From positions 1-64,000 of the forward strand of contig JAADVB010000048.1 in the NCBI GenBank assembly GCA_023334545.1: a stretch of DNA of 64,000 nucleotides, given 5' to 3'. The notes below the pieces were generated by a model, which worked only from the letters and a program-made list of their open reading frames with translations, ran no database searches and was not told the DNA's origin. Every line of letters starts with the position of its first letter. Positions within the stretch are counted from its first letter, which is position 1. This document shows, in pieces, positions 1 to 11,900 of this stretch. The position numbers were made by a program, and so were the translations under genes. The stretch comes from Salisapilia sapeloensis CBS 127946 (Eukaryota; Protista; Oomycota).

Positions 1-500
1 ATCCGTCACCAGGCGGAAGTGTAGGAAGTAAGTCACCAGATCCGTCACCAGGCGGAAGTGTAGGAAGTACATCGCCGGATCCGTCACCAGGCGGAAGTGT
101 AGGAAGTAAGTCACCAGACCCATCAATAGGCGGAAGAATAGGAGGAAGGTCTCCAGATCCATCCGAAACCGGCGCCTCGGTAGGAATTTCCGGCAGCAGT
201 CCTCCTGATCCATCAATAGGCGGAAGGATAGGAGGAATGTCTCCGGATCCATCAGAAGATGGTGCCTGGGTAGGAATATCTGGGAGTAGGCCTTCTGAAC
301 CATCGATGGGTGGAAGGTTTGGGAGCAGGTCACCAGTTCCATCGGAAGGTGGTGCTTCAGTAGTAGAGCCTTCAGATCCATTTGAGGATGGTGGCTCTGT
401 AGGAAATAAACCTCCTATTCCGTCGTCAGGAAGAAGGTCTGGAATCAAGCCTCCTGAGCCTTCGGAAGATGGTGCTTCAGTAGTAGAGCCTTCGGATCCA
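1..500 (-). repeat. Coding tandem repeats: near-perfect 39-bp (13-aa) units, degenerating toward position ~500
   Basis: 'atccgtcaccaggcggaagtgtaggaagta' recurs near 1, 40 and 79. Related DGSG(D/G)LLP(T/N/D)(L/I)P units continue further along. Confidence 0.9.
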
Positions 501-1468
501 TCGAAAGACGGCGCGTCAGTTGGAGCATCCGAAGTTGCGTCTCCCGTTCCATTGCCAGGAAGGAGGTCCGGAACTATGCCGTCTGATCCGTCCGGAGATG
601 GTGTAATGTTTGGAAGTAAGCCGTCCGATCCATCTGGGGATGGCGTAAGATTTGGGAGCAAACCTCCTGATCCGTCTGGTGATGGTGTCAAGTCCGACAC
701 GATGTCTCCCAATCCACCGGAAGATGATGTCAGATCCGACACGGCACCTCCTAGTCCATCCGTCGACGACGTCAAGTCTGACACTGCGTCTGTTACTCCA
801 TCTAAAAGGGTCGAGCTGCCTTTCGACTCATCTTTTCCGTTAGAAGATGGATCATCCGGTTGATCAGTACCTTCCGTTGCAGAGGAAGCTCCACTGACAT
901 CTGCGCTCCCATTATCACTGTTCACGTTTGATGATGTTCCATCGTCAGTTTCTGTAACTTCAGGGGTTTCCGTCTCGGTAGGCTGTGTTTCTGTCGGAGG
1001 TGGTGTAGTAGGCTCTGAGGCATCAGAGGACTTCCCAATCAAAGGATCAACAATGCCCGGAATTAAGCCCCCTAGTCCATCGGATGGAGGAGCACTGTCC
1101 ATGGACTCATCTTGCCCGTTCGAAGATGCACTTGGCATATCGTCGGTGCCCGACGATGCATCCGTAGACTGACTAGTGCTTTCGATCGCAGACGAGGTTT
1201 GGCTCCAGTCGTCGCTCCCACTTCCACTTCCAAGCTCTGATAATGCGCTTTCGTTCGACTCTGTAGATCCAGAAGTTTGGGACTCTGGGAATGATGTCAT
1301 CGCTGGAGGCGCTGGGGTATCCTCTGGGGCGGAGGAAGGCTCCCCAAACAAGGGTTTGACAATATCCCCAAGGCCTCCGAACTGCAATCGTCGTTCCTCT
1401 GCACTCACTGCCGTGAAGAGTACAGCGGCACTGGCCGCTGTCTGCACAATAGACCGTACACTTACCAT
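1..1468 (-). CDS. Secreted Ser/Thr/Pro/Gly/Asp-rich mucin-like repeat protein (partial; runs off the window start; not in ORF track)
   Basis: ATG at 1468 on the minus strand gives MVSVRSIVQTAASAAVLFTAVSA-EERRLQFGG (signal peptide). The frame appears open to position 2 and ends in GSGDLLPTLPPGD repeats. The + strand ORFs 237..863 and 1176..1520 are its antisense shadows. Confidence 0.8.
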   Translation of the reverse strand, partial: MVSVRSIVQTAASAAVLFTAVSAEERRLQFGGLGDIVKPLFGEPSSAPEDTPAPPAMTSFPESQTSGSTESNESALSELGSGSGSDDWSQTSSAIESTSQSTDASSGTDDMPSASSNGQDESMDSAPPSDGLGGLIPGIVDPLIGKSSDASEPTTPPPTETQPTETETPEVTETDDGTSSNVNSDNGSADVSGASSATEGTDQPDDPSSNGKDESKGSSTLLDGVTDAVSDLTSSTDGLGGAVSDLTSSSGGLGDIVSDLTPSPDGSGGLLPNLTPSPDGSDGLLPNITPSPDGSDGIVPDLLPGNGTGDATSDAPTDAPSFDGSEGSTTEAPSSEGSGGLIPDLLPDDGIGGLFPTEPPSSNGSEGSTTEAPPSDGTGDLLPNLPPIDGSEGLLPDIPTQAPSSDGSGDIPPILPPIDGSGGLLPEIPTEAPVSDGSGDLPPILPPIDGSGDLLPTLPPGDGSGDVLPTLPPGDGSGDLLPTLPPGDG

Positions 1469-2109
1469 CGTGAAGTGTGTAGTGAGCTATGCGCACCACG
1501 AGGACAAGGCTACTCGATAAACGATGTGCGCTTAGCCACGTACGCCGAACCGAGTTCTTATTCACAAGTGATGGACTAGCCTATACTAGACTTTCATCAT
1601 TACGCACGCACGATTAGCGCCAATTGGAAGTTCTAATCCCGCTGTGAGCCCCATGCCGGAGCTCACAATGTGACGATACAAACTCCATCAAGAGCTCGTT
1701 ACATAGGAAAACGCTACATGAAGAGCTATCCAACGGCTCCGAAGGACCTAGCCGTTGGCGCCTAGCTTATACAGAAACATCTCGAGTCCGAAGACTATAG
1801 ACATTCCTTCTCAGAAGCGCTTGAATAGTTTGATATACACATACGACCGAACGCAGCAGGTGTAGAAAAATAGACAGACACAGTACGAGTACCCTTTGCC
1901 TACTGATCCAAAGTTACCACTAGCGTACCACAGAAAGCTCTTGACTGCGTATGGAAGGAGAATGGTCTGAGAATCGCTTAAGCGCTCTGTCTGCTAAGCG
2001 TGTCAGTTGTACTTGACTGACGATGTCTAATGCTTACGTGTCGTCTCTCGATGGCCAACGTACAGTCTTTACAAACTGCGAAAAAGCTCTTTCAATTCTT
2101 ACAATCCTA

Positions 2110-3789
2110 CTACTTCGTTCCATCCTTGGTCGTCCCGATCATCGACTTGAACCGCGGGTCTTTTCGTAGAAGTGTATTCAGCATGCTTCCCACTGCAAAC
2201 GCCAGAACGGTCGACGTCATCGTAATTACATTGTATGGCATGCTAAAGTCTGGTGTAGGCAGTTGCACTAATAGAGGTTCCGTGTACATCGTCACCACTC
2301 CGTTTGTGCTGTCTACATTTTGAAACGTTGCTACACCGGCCGGAACGTCGAAGCCACGACTAGCATCCGGTGGGTGCTCCGACAGTCGCAGGAACACTTT
2401 ATCCATTTGCATGGATACAACCGCAACGGATCGAGGTGGGAGCTCCATCTCCAAGTAGAGTTTATTCGGTCTCGACCGAATTTCGCCAGGAACGAATTGA
2501 AACGTTTTGATAAAGCCTTCCTGTGCGTCCATACTTTCCTGTGTCGTCAAAGACTCGACTCTTGAACGGAATGTGTGCACGTATAAACGAAGGTACCATG
2601 CAAACGTATCATGGTACGTAACTTTCTTTGCATGCAAGTCATCCCAGTTCTCAAAACGAATTGCGATGCCTCCGTCCACTTGACCAATGCCAGACAAGAA
2701 CCGATGCACTTGGACGTCACTCGAGTGCCTCTGCTGCACTCGTTTCAAGTGATCTTCAGTGACGATGCTATCAACAGCCATAGAAGCAATATACTGCCAC
2801 TTGGCCCACAGATCTACTGATGTCTGCTTCATATCGACAGCATGAACCGTGGATTCGTGACTTCTACTGGGATAATACGGACTCTCAGTGTACAAGAGAC
2901 TTTGGGACGACAAAGGACATGCTTGAAGCTGCTTGCTGCTATCGTCCTTGCTTCCCAGTAGAATGGAACCTAAAGAATACTCCACAGCACTTGCAACTTT
3001 GTCATCTAACGTTTGCTCGTTCTGGACGAATGTCAAATGTTGATGTAATGCCCATGCGCCAATGTGTCCGTCGTTACGATGCGAAGCAAAGAGCTCCAAG
3101 GCCGTGTATTCACTAGATACGAGGTGGATGGGATCTAACACAGCTCCAAAGCCTGTGACCGTTCGGCACGGGAGCATCTTCAACCACGGTGTCAGCTTCT
3201 CCGTGCACACCTCTTCTCTCGCTAGCGTGCCCTCTAGAAAGTGGGAAGAGTTGGAATTTGGCTCGTGACTGAACCATGGAGCGTAGGCTGCCAATTTGCT
3301 CGGACGTGATGGGCTCGTTGGTTCAATGATTACACTTGCATCCATTCGACTCAGCGGTGTCGAAAAGATGCCACTTAGCTCGGAAGTAACGCTTTTCCAT
3401 CTGGATGAGAGATTCTCGTGTTTGGATGCGTTCTGATCTGGATTAAACGATATTTGGACGCGAACACCTGGTGGCACGTTCGCATCGGCGGTGGAGTCCA
3501 GTGTTCGGGAAGCACCGAAACGACTCGGCTCGTACTTGCCGTTGCTGTACGATAAACGCAGTGTCTCAACGTCGTACTTTGACATGATCTGTCGAAGAAC
3601 TTTAGGAAAGAGAGCATCCGAGGCAGGCAATTGAGCTCCTATTTGTTCTTCCTCGATGGAAAAATGGGCATGCCCGAGCACAGAGGATACTTCTGGAAGC
3701 GGTCGGAAAAGTAGAGACTCTTTATACTCACCAGAGATGCATTGGAAGCTACCGAAAAGGGCGATTGTGAGCGCCAGGAGACGCCACAT
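2110..3789 (-). CDS. PIGT: GPI transamidase subunit PIG-T/Gpi16
   Basis: Signal peptide MWRLLALTIALFG, 'REEVCTEKLTPWLKMLPC', and C-terminal 'YTEPLLVQLPTPDFSMPYNVITMTSTVLAFAVGS' plus TM segment, all hallmark Gpi16 motifs. Confidence 0.93.
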   Translation of the reverse strand: MWRLLALTIALFGSFQCISGEYKESLLFRPLPEVSSVLGHAHFSIEEEQIGAQLPASDALFPKVLRQIMSKYDVETLRLSYSNGKYEPSRFGASRTLDSTADANVPPGVRVQISFNPDQNASKHENLSSRWKSVTSELSGIFSTPLSRMDASVIIEPTSPSRPSKLAAYAPWFSHEPNSNSSHFLEGTLAREEVCTEKLTPWLKMLPCRTVTGFGAVLDPIHLVSSEYTALELFASHRNDGHIGAWALHQHLTFVQNEQTLDDKVASAVEYSLGSILLGSKDDSSKQLQACPLSSQSLLYTESPYYPSRSHESTVHAVDMKQTSVDLWAKWQYIASMAVDSIVTEDHLKRVQQRHSSDVQVHRFLSGIGQVDGGIAIRFENWDDLHAKKVTYHDTFAWYLRLYVHTFRSRVESLTTQESMDAQEGFIKTFQFVPGEIRSRPNKLYLEMELPPRSVAVVSMQMDKVFLRLSEHPPDASRGFDVPAGVATFQNVDSTNGVVTMYTEPLLVQLPTPDFSMPYNVITMTSTVLAFAVGSMLNTLLRKDPRFKSMIGTTKDGTK

Positions 3790-4577
3790 GATCCTTTTTC
3801 GTTTGTTGTCACTCGATCGTGTAAAATTTGGTTTCATAATTTAACTGGATTTAAGTATGCTATGAATTCGTACTTTATCGAGGATATGCGACTATGGCTG
3901 CGACGGTCCAGAGTATGGCGGACGACCTTGTGCTATCGTGGTACGGTTGACCTCTCTAACAGAATGGTGGGTGAGATGCACAAGGTGAGGGCAGCATCCT
4001 TCTCGCGCGATGCTATGTCGTCGGACTGTCTACTTTCCTCTTATACCGTTAAGTATGCACTGCATGCCTTACCGTCATGCTCGAGTCACGCGCAGGTTTC
4101 TGCACGAACTATCGGCGTAGCCCATAGCCTTATAATATATCACACCATGACATGCAACTCTCTATCGGACTCTGTCGTCCAAGCCTTCCTAAAGGCTCGT
4201 ACGAAGTGTCCCTCGATCGTGTTCGTGCTTCAATGGCGACTAGGGCAGTCGCGTTTAAACTGGACCGCCCTCTCCACTTAACACACTTGACACTGTCTCT
4301 CAAAAGTACGCTCGACCCGATCGTCAGCGACGGGCCGCACAGCCAAATTCGGAACGGTGAGGAGAGATTATTCCCTTCGTTTCTCCCCACCTACGCCTTT
4401 CAAGCCACACATCAAGGCAGTTCAGAACGCTAGCGTTCAACCCAGCGGACATCAAGCCACTTTCCAACCGTTCTTCACCACTCTAAACTACGCACCGTTG
4501 TAACGAACGAGCCGTTTCTTCCAGCGACATCGTGAGAAAGGACCGGGACGAGTGAACCGCAGTAGAGCACAGATACC

Positions 4578-5624
4578 ATGCTAGACAAAGAAGCAGCGCA
4601 GACGCTCATGAGTCTGTCGGCGCCGGACGAGAACCAAACGCCATTGCACTCGGGCCACTTTCCGTGGCACGCCGACAAGAAACGTGCGGTGGACGCGTAC
4701 GGAACCAACTCGCCTTCCCCGATGATGACGCCATCCATGGACTCGTTGCTCAATAACCTCCCGCCGCACCTTTCGCTTGGCGCACGTGACAAGAATTCAT
4801 CCAGCTCGTCGCTCGGCAGATCGCTCCCACGAGACATTCATGAACGTCCGTTGACGTATATGATTCCTCCAGGTGCAGACGTCGACAGCGACATGGACAT
4901 GGACTCGGACCAGCCTTTGGACGACGACATCGACCCGCCCAGTCGAAAGCGTCCGTGGACACCGGAGCATAGCGGACTCGATGGACTGATCGCGGCCGCA
5001 GGTGCGCAGGCGTCGTCCCCCATCTCAATCCCGTCAAACCGCAACAGCGGATGCGGATCGTCCGTGGTAGGTGGCAGTCTCCCGACGTCCGTTGAATTTG
5101 GCGGTCGTGGCCTTCGTGGATCGTTCGGCCGGCCTCCGCGTAAACCGACCACGAGACACACGAGGTCATCGTCTCGAGGCGCACTAGAACACAGTCCCAC
5201 GGGCGTCGAAGAGGACGAAGGCTGGATGGAAGAAGACGGGTCGAATGGTGACTACCACCGCCGCAACCGTCTGTCATCCGTGTGTTCGTCAGACGGGAGT
5301 GAGTACGGTGGTCTCGGTCGACGTCACATGGACCGCTTTAAACGGATGGAGATATCGTCCGAGACGGACTCGCAGACCGGTCAGTCGCCCCCGAACGCCG
5401 GCTTGCTATCATCCTCTGCACCCAAGTACATTGGCAGCTACTCCCCAGAAGCACGTCGTCGTCGTTTGGAACGCTTCCATGAGAAACGTAAACGTCGTAT
5501 CTGGACGAAGAAAGTCGACTATGACGTTCGCAAGAATTTTGCCAACTCGAGGCTGCGTGTGAAAGGCCGTTTTGTCAAGAAAGAAGATGAAGAGTTACTT
5601 TGTCAGCTCCTGAGCTTCACGTAG
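4578..5624 (+). CDS. CCT-domain protein (CONSTANS/TOC1-like motif at C-terminus, disordered N-terminus)
   Basis: 'YSPEARRRRLERFHEKRKRRIWTKKVDYDVRKNFANSRLRVKGRFVK' matches the CCT consensus. Confidence 0.88.
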   Translation: MLDKEAAQTLMSLSAPDENQTPLHSGHFPWHADKKRAVDAYGTNSPSPMMTPSMDSLLNNLPPHLSLGARDKNSSSSSLGRSLPRDIHERPLTYMIPPGADVDSDMDMDSDQPLDDDIDPPSRKRPWTPEHSGLDGLIAAAGAQASSPISIPSNRNSGCGSSVVGGSLPTSVEFGGRGLRGSFGRPPRKPTTRHTRSSSRGALEHSPTGVEEDEGWMEEDGSNGDYHRRNRLSSVCSSDGSEYGGLGRRHMDRFKRMEISSETDSQTGQSPPNAGLLSSSAPKYIGSYSPEARRRRLERFHEKRKRRIWTKKVDYDVRKNFANSRLRVKGRFVKKEDEELLCQLLSFT

Positions 5625-5746
5625 GACATGGTCATTTGGTTTTGTTTTAGTCGTCTCTCTTTTTTCTTGAAACACAACAAGATTTGTAAATCGTCCCAAA
5701 GCAGATTTTCTTTTCCTTCCGACTGACCATGCGACACTATCTTCCT

Positions 5747-7466
5747 CTAAGGCGTCAAACGGCGCTGTGAACATATCGATTAGCAAATAAATCATGGAGA
5801 TAGCAGATAAGAGACGTACGGGGTCGCGAGGGAACATGGAAGCCTTGCGGATGTTGCCCAGGCCGAGGTAGAGCATGACGACACGTTCGAGACCGATGCC
5901 TCCTCCGCCGTGGGGAAGTGCTCCGTACTTGAACGCGTCCACGTAGGCCTTGAGCGAGTCCGGTTCGACGCCAAGCGCCTTCATGCGCTCCGCCAACAAC
6001 GCTGGGTCGTGCACACGCTGGGCACCGCTGACAATCTCTTCACCACGCATCATAATGTCATACGAGTTGCTTCTCTTAGGGTTGTTCGGGTCCGGCATGG
6101 TGTAGAACGGACGGACGGCGAGTGGGAACTGGTCCAGGACGTAAAAGTCCGTGTCGTACTTGGCCTTGACGAGCTCACCGAGCTTCTTCTCGTTCGTCGT
6201 ACTCAAGTCATCGTCTTCATCCTGGTCGACACCAGCTTCCTTGAGCATCTGGACGCCTTCCGAGAAGGGCACGACGACCTTTTTGAACTTAAACGGTTCA
6301 AACGGATGCTGAGCGTTGATAATATCCAGTTCTCGCTTGCAGTTCGTCTCGATCTGTTCAAAGATGTAGCCGAAAAGGTCCGAGAAGACATCCATGACTT
6401 CATGGTAGTGACGGTTGATCACCATCTCGAGGTCGACACCTGTGAACTCACACAAGTGACGGTGCGTGTTCGAGTTCTCGGCACGGAAGACCGGGCCGAT
6501 CTCGAAGACACGCTCGAGTCCGGCAGACGCACACGCCATTTGCTTATAGAGCTGCGGACTCTGGGCCAAGCACGCAGGCTGGTCAAAGTACTGGAACGTA
6601 AAGCAGTTGGCACCACCTTCACTCGCTCCTCCGATAAGCTTGGGAGTGTGAATTTCGACAAAGTCGCGGTCCAAGAGGTACTGTCGGAAGTACTGGCCGA
6701 CGCGAGACTGGATCTTCATAATTGCCTGGTTGGCAGGTGTACGCAAGTCGATAACTCGGTGGTTGAGGCGAGTGTCGAGGCCGACTTCAACGTAGTCCGA
6801 GCCTTCCTGCTGGAGGACCGTGTCGGAACGAGCGGCATCTTCCACCTGCAACGGGAGGGACTGGAGCGCCTTGGACGTGACGAAGAGCTTGTGAATGGAA
6901 AGCTCAACGTCCTGCTGCGTGGTGCTTGTAACAGGGCTGTTGGGGCATTGCACCGTCACGTAGAGCTCGACAACAGATTCCTTGGGCACCTTACCCGTGA
7001 ATTTGACCATATCACGAGGGACATCGTCACTTTCCGAGAGCATGCCTTGGATGCTAAAGGTTTGCTGACGAAGGACGAGGAAGGCAATCTTGGACTTGGC
7101 ACGTACACTCTGGACAAAGGCACGCACCCAGAACGATTCGCCCTGACGCTCCGGATTGATCTGACCGATACTAGTAGAGCTGATAAGTACAATTCAACAG
7201 GTTCTTGTGCATTCGAAAGAACGTACGGGACAAAGGTGATCTCGCTCTTTTCCTGTGACTGGATACGAGGCAATTCGCCATACGTGTCCGTAAGCGTCGG
7301 GCCGGCAGCAGCTTCCTACAATATCCAAGTCGACAAATCCTCAGCATTTTATTTCGATAGGACAAAACAACGTAAATAGTACAGCAGCACGCTGACGTTC
7401 TAGGATACGTAATTCCTTCTTGGTCAACTTCTTTTCCTTGGGTTTCTCCGCGTTGTTCTCCGCCAT
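5747..7466 (-). CDS. DARS1: Cytosolic aspartyl-tRNA synthetase (spliced, ~3 introns)
   Basis: 'LAQSPQLYKQM', 'FRAENSNTHRHLCEF' and 'PHGGGGIGLERV'. Spliced N-terminus MAENNAEKPKEKKLTKKELR from ATG 7466. A terminal intron after FPRDP gives RRLTP* (stop at 5747-5749). Confidence 0.95.
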
Positions 7467-7587
7467 GATCGTCTTCTTCTAGATCGAGCAAAAGTAAAAA
7501 TGACGAATATTTGTATCTCTCCTAATGATTGGCTGAAATCCACGAGATTATTTAGCTATCGTGACGAGGTCTGGTCGTCTGTCTTCT

Positions 7588-8451
7588 ATGATGGCCAAGG
7601 CAATTGCTCGACGTACTAGTTGTAGGAAAGCAGCACGCCGATCACTTCGACTGGAAAGAAAGAGAAATGAACGGGAGATGAGTAGTGTGGCGACGGAAGT
7701 GACTGTTTCGGTGTCTAGTGGGAAGAAGACGGTGAAGAAGAGTGTCACGACCAAATCGTCCAAGTATCGATTTGGAACCTTGTCTAGACAGTATGAGAAT
7801 CGACTAGCGGACAGGTACAACAGAGTTATTGGTGTCGATGAAGCTGGAAGAGGTCCGTTAGCTGGACCGGTGGTGGCGGCCGCGTGCTACGTACCACTGG
7901 ATGTTGAGATTGATGGCATTTACGACAGCAAGAAGCTGAACGAGACACAGCGAGAAAAGCTGTATGAGCAGCTCACGTCCCATCCGAAAGTCGAGTACGG
8001 CGTGCATGTGAGCTCTACTTGACTTCAATCTAACTTCGACATCACGTTGACAAGTAGCTCTCCGTAGGTAGCAACTGCCCAGCGCATCGATGAAATCAAC
8101 ATTTTACAGGCTTCCCTAGAGGCCATGACTAAGGCAGCTGACTGTCTACCAACGCCAGCAGATTTTGTATATGTTGACGGTAATCGGATGCCGCCAACCT
8201 TGAAGACTGATGCGAAAACCGTTGTCCAGGGTGACAGCAAAGTCTTTTCGATCGCTGCAGCATCTATCATCGCCAAAGTGACTCGAGATCGGATGATGGT
8301 AGAATACGATGCACAGTACCCTGTATATGGTTTTGCTCAACATAAAGGATACCCGACCAAAGCCCATATGGCTGCCATCACGACTCACGGTCCGTGTCCA
8401 ATCCATCGCATGACATTTGCTCCGCTCAAAAACAAAGCAAACAAGTCGTAA
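7588..8451 (+). CDS. rnhB: Ribonuclease HII, bacterial (rnhB) type, with basic N-terminal extension; one intron (~7989-8045)
   Basis: [80 protein letters not shown]...CGTAG intron joins the two listed ORFs. Confidence 0.92.
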
Positions 8452-8904
8452 TTTGTGCATTTCTTATAGTCTCCTTGCTTTGTAAATGATGAGTTTAATA
8501 TAGTCTTGTCATCTGCCTGGCTGGATATCCAGAGCAGAAACTTTGGTTTCCAGCCTCCAAGTTTAAACTCATGCAGCATTCGATACAGCCTCTGTGAGCT
8601 TTAAAATTTCTAGCGGTAGACTCATGGTATTATCATGCCAAGTTTCCATTCAGACATGCAGCTTGAATGAGGTCATACTGGAGATATAAAACTCCTACAA
8701 ATCGCTGCATAGACGGTTGACGCTCCACTTGCTGGACAAGATGACCATAACTTGACAAACCACGAGTTCTCCGTTCAAAGATACCTTTCAATTTCAAGAC
8801 TTCAACTGATTAACGGGCTATTTAAAATGCATATCTACAAGCTCTGTCTTGAGCAATGTGCTCAAGACGCTATTCCGACCCACGACCCCAAACGAGAACT
8901 ACGC

Positions 8905-11900
8905 TTAGCCTTCTTCGAGACTATTCAGCTCCTGATGGATAGGAGCAATTGGGCCAAAGCCATGCATCACAATCTTCTTCCCATCGCCAGAGCTTACACT
9001 TCCACTTCCGCTGCCAACACTACCAAAGCATCCGTCCTCTTGCTCCAATAGCAACGCCTGCTGCTCAAAGCAGTCGTCGCACACACGCTGCAAGTCCGAG
9101 TACCCGAGGTGTGGTAGAAGCATACGGTTGACAACATGCTCAGAGCAAAAGCTATGCTGGCACACACGACAGTGGTGACGCCTGACGAACCATCCGAAGC
9201 GAGTACTGCACTCTCGACATTCGCTATCCTTGGCCCAACGAGAAGCACTACTACTACCGCTCGACACTGTCGATCGATGAGACGCATCCGACATGCCACG
9301 GTGCCTTCCTGACGCTACCGCTGCATCCCCAAGCGTCAGATCTGGTCCAATGCCATCCTCTTGCTTACCTCCTCTCCCAATGGAGAGAAGCGCCGATACG
9401 AGCTTGGTCGCTCGGCTTGTCGACTGCTCTTTTTCAAAAATAGTAGTGTCATAACTGTCATGCGTCTGCGCTCTCCTTCTCGCTGACACTGGAGGAGGAC
9501 CAACCGGCGCATCTTCATGGACGTCGCTGAGCTTACCATCCGGTCGAGGCAAATCCTTCGAGTTGATCTTGATCGGATCAGGACGCAGTTGTAGCTTTAG
9601 CGTCTGAGCTCGAATCTGGGATTCTACAAGCGAACGTAGCACACGCGCTTGTTCTTGACTTGGTGGTGGTTCATCCGCCTCTGCTGCCTTGCGCAGATGG
9701 CCTTTTAGTACCTGGACACGAGCGTCCAGGTAGTGTCGCTGCGCTTCCCACATACCAATACTATGGTTTCTCTCTAGTGTTTCTAAGTCTTCCGCAAAAG
9801 TATGTGCGGGTGGGAGACTGCGTCTACGACAACTCTTTACGCTCGGCATAAAACTCGTCGACCTTCCTCTATCTGTGGTCTCTACTTCACTGCTGGATTC
9901 ACGTTCAGGCTCGCAGATGCCTTCCCGCTGCAGCACTTCTTCCATCTGCTGGAGCTGTTTACGCAGCTCTGCCATCTCGGATTTCAACTGCTGATTGTCC
10001 TCCTGCAGTTTCGCAACGTCCTTGCTTTCCTGCTTTAACTTCACCAGCTCTTTCTTCGCCACAGCCATCCGCTGCTGCCTCTGAAGCGTTACGACTGCAC
10101 TATACATGCCGACGTAGTTGCGTCTAGCAACGTACTTTTTCCAGTTCGTCTGCAGCACCAATGTCGCCACGTTCATCCTCTTCTGATCGACAAAAGCAGC
10201 AGCCCTCCTGCGTCTATAGTGAGACTGGAGAACCACGACACTGCATCGGAACGTTCTGTATCGACTCTGAGCCAAGTACTTTCGAACGTACGTCTGGATC
10301 TTTGTTGCATGAAGTCTCTCACGAATACGCTGCACGAATCGCATGCACTTGACCATACGCACGATCGTCTGTACTTTGACAGTGCTCTGCTTGATCTTCT
10401 GAAAGCGGCGGTAGGCTATGAACATCCTCACCTCTTTCTGCAGTACCACAGCACTCTTCCCAACTCTAGCAGCACGGACATTCTCCAGCCTCTCGTACGG
10501 TGTTCGTTTAAAGAAGACAAGCGTCTTACCAAGACTCACACCTAGATTCGCCGCCGTTTCCATCACATGCACATTCACTCCTTGTCCGTCATGCACTAGA
10601 GGCAGCAACGTCACGACACACTTCTCCACCAACTCGGTCGGATCCTCACTGCGTGCTTCATCCGGCAATAGGATGCGGGCATAGCGTTCGAGGAACTGTG
10701 GATGGGTTAAGCGAATGGGGAAGCCTGCCCTGGCAACACGTACTGCTTCTAGCACACCACCGCATCGTAGCTGCTCTAGCACTCGCTGACACTGGAAAGT
10801 ATTGCTGACGTTCGTGTCGTTGGGTTTAATACAACGCACGTAACGGGGCGTAGTGGCATCAATGGTAGCCAAGAGCTCCGTCAGTTGGGTCTTGAACTGC
10901 GTACCTACGCTCTGCGCTGAGATGGAGGAGCCTCCACGTCGCATAGTCTTGCGTGGAGTCACAGGCACCTTCACCTCCCCTGGTTCCATCGTTGATTGGC
11001 TACGCGGTCGAGCAAGTCGACGCGAATCTGCATCCATGGTTATCGTAGAGCTGCTCCGACCTCTTCTAAGCTCCAAACCTTCGTTATCCGAGTCCGTATC
11101 CAAATTGTTCTTCGTCATGCTTTGAATCAGTAGGTTGGAGCTCTTGGATAATAGCTGAGCAGCGCTTTCCGAGAAGAAATCTTTATTCTTGGCCAAGAAA
11201 CCATCGATCGTATACGTCACGTTGCCAGCATAGTGGGCAATAGCGAACTGAGATCGACGTTCCGTCTGCTTGGCTTCTATAAAGTGCGAGTGCTTCTTCT
11301 TGGCGCTGAACTCGGAGTAGAATTTCGTCAAGAGTGCAGTGTCAGATCCTTGTGGAAAGAGACATTCTTGATCTGTGAGTGAAAAGATACCCACTGGCTT
11401 TTGTTCGAACAAGTGTAGACAAGCAACGTTGTCTGGGAAATCGACGAACGTCCACCCGATCTCTTCTGCCGCATACAACTTTTGTTCTTCCGCAAAGACG
11501 AAACGGTTGAACTGATTTTGCAACGCTTCGTTGGCGTAGTTGATACAGAGCTGCTCGAACGAATTTACCGCCATGTCTTCAAAGCCAAAGATATCCAAGA
11601 GGCCGATGAACGGCTCATCTGCGTGTTTTGACGCAGAGATCTTTTCGTTCACACGTCCGACGACCCACTCAAAGAGCAGTCGATAGTACTCCATTGCCAA
11701 CGCATTCCGCGTCTGTTGTGCATGCGAGACGTCTAGAGCGACATCGACTGTCTCCTGCACCGTTTTCACCTGACGCTTTGTCAATGCGCTCTCCAAGTCG
11801 TCTGGAGAGACATGGAGTAAGGTGGCTGTGAGTTGGAAATGATCGATTGTTCCGTTGTCCGTCACAGAGGACGATAGAGACGTGGAGACACGTGCATCAG

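Noticed and set aside
237-863. 208-aa Pro/Ser/Gly ORF on the + strand
   Set aside because: It is the antisense shadow of the minus-strand secreted repeat protein, which has a signal peptide and a longer frame.
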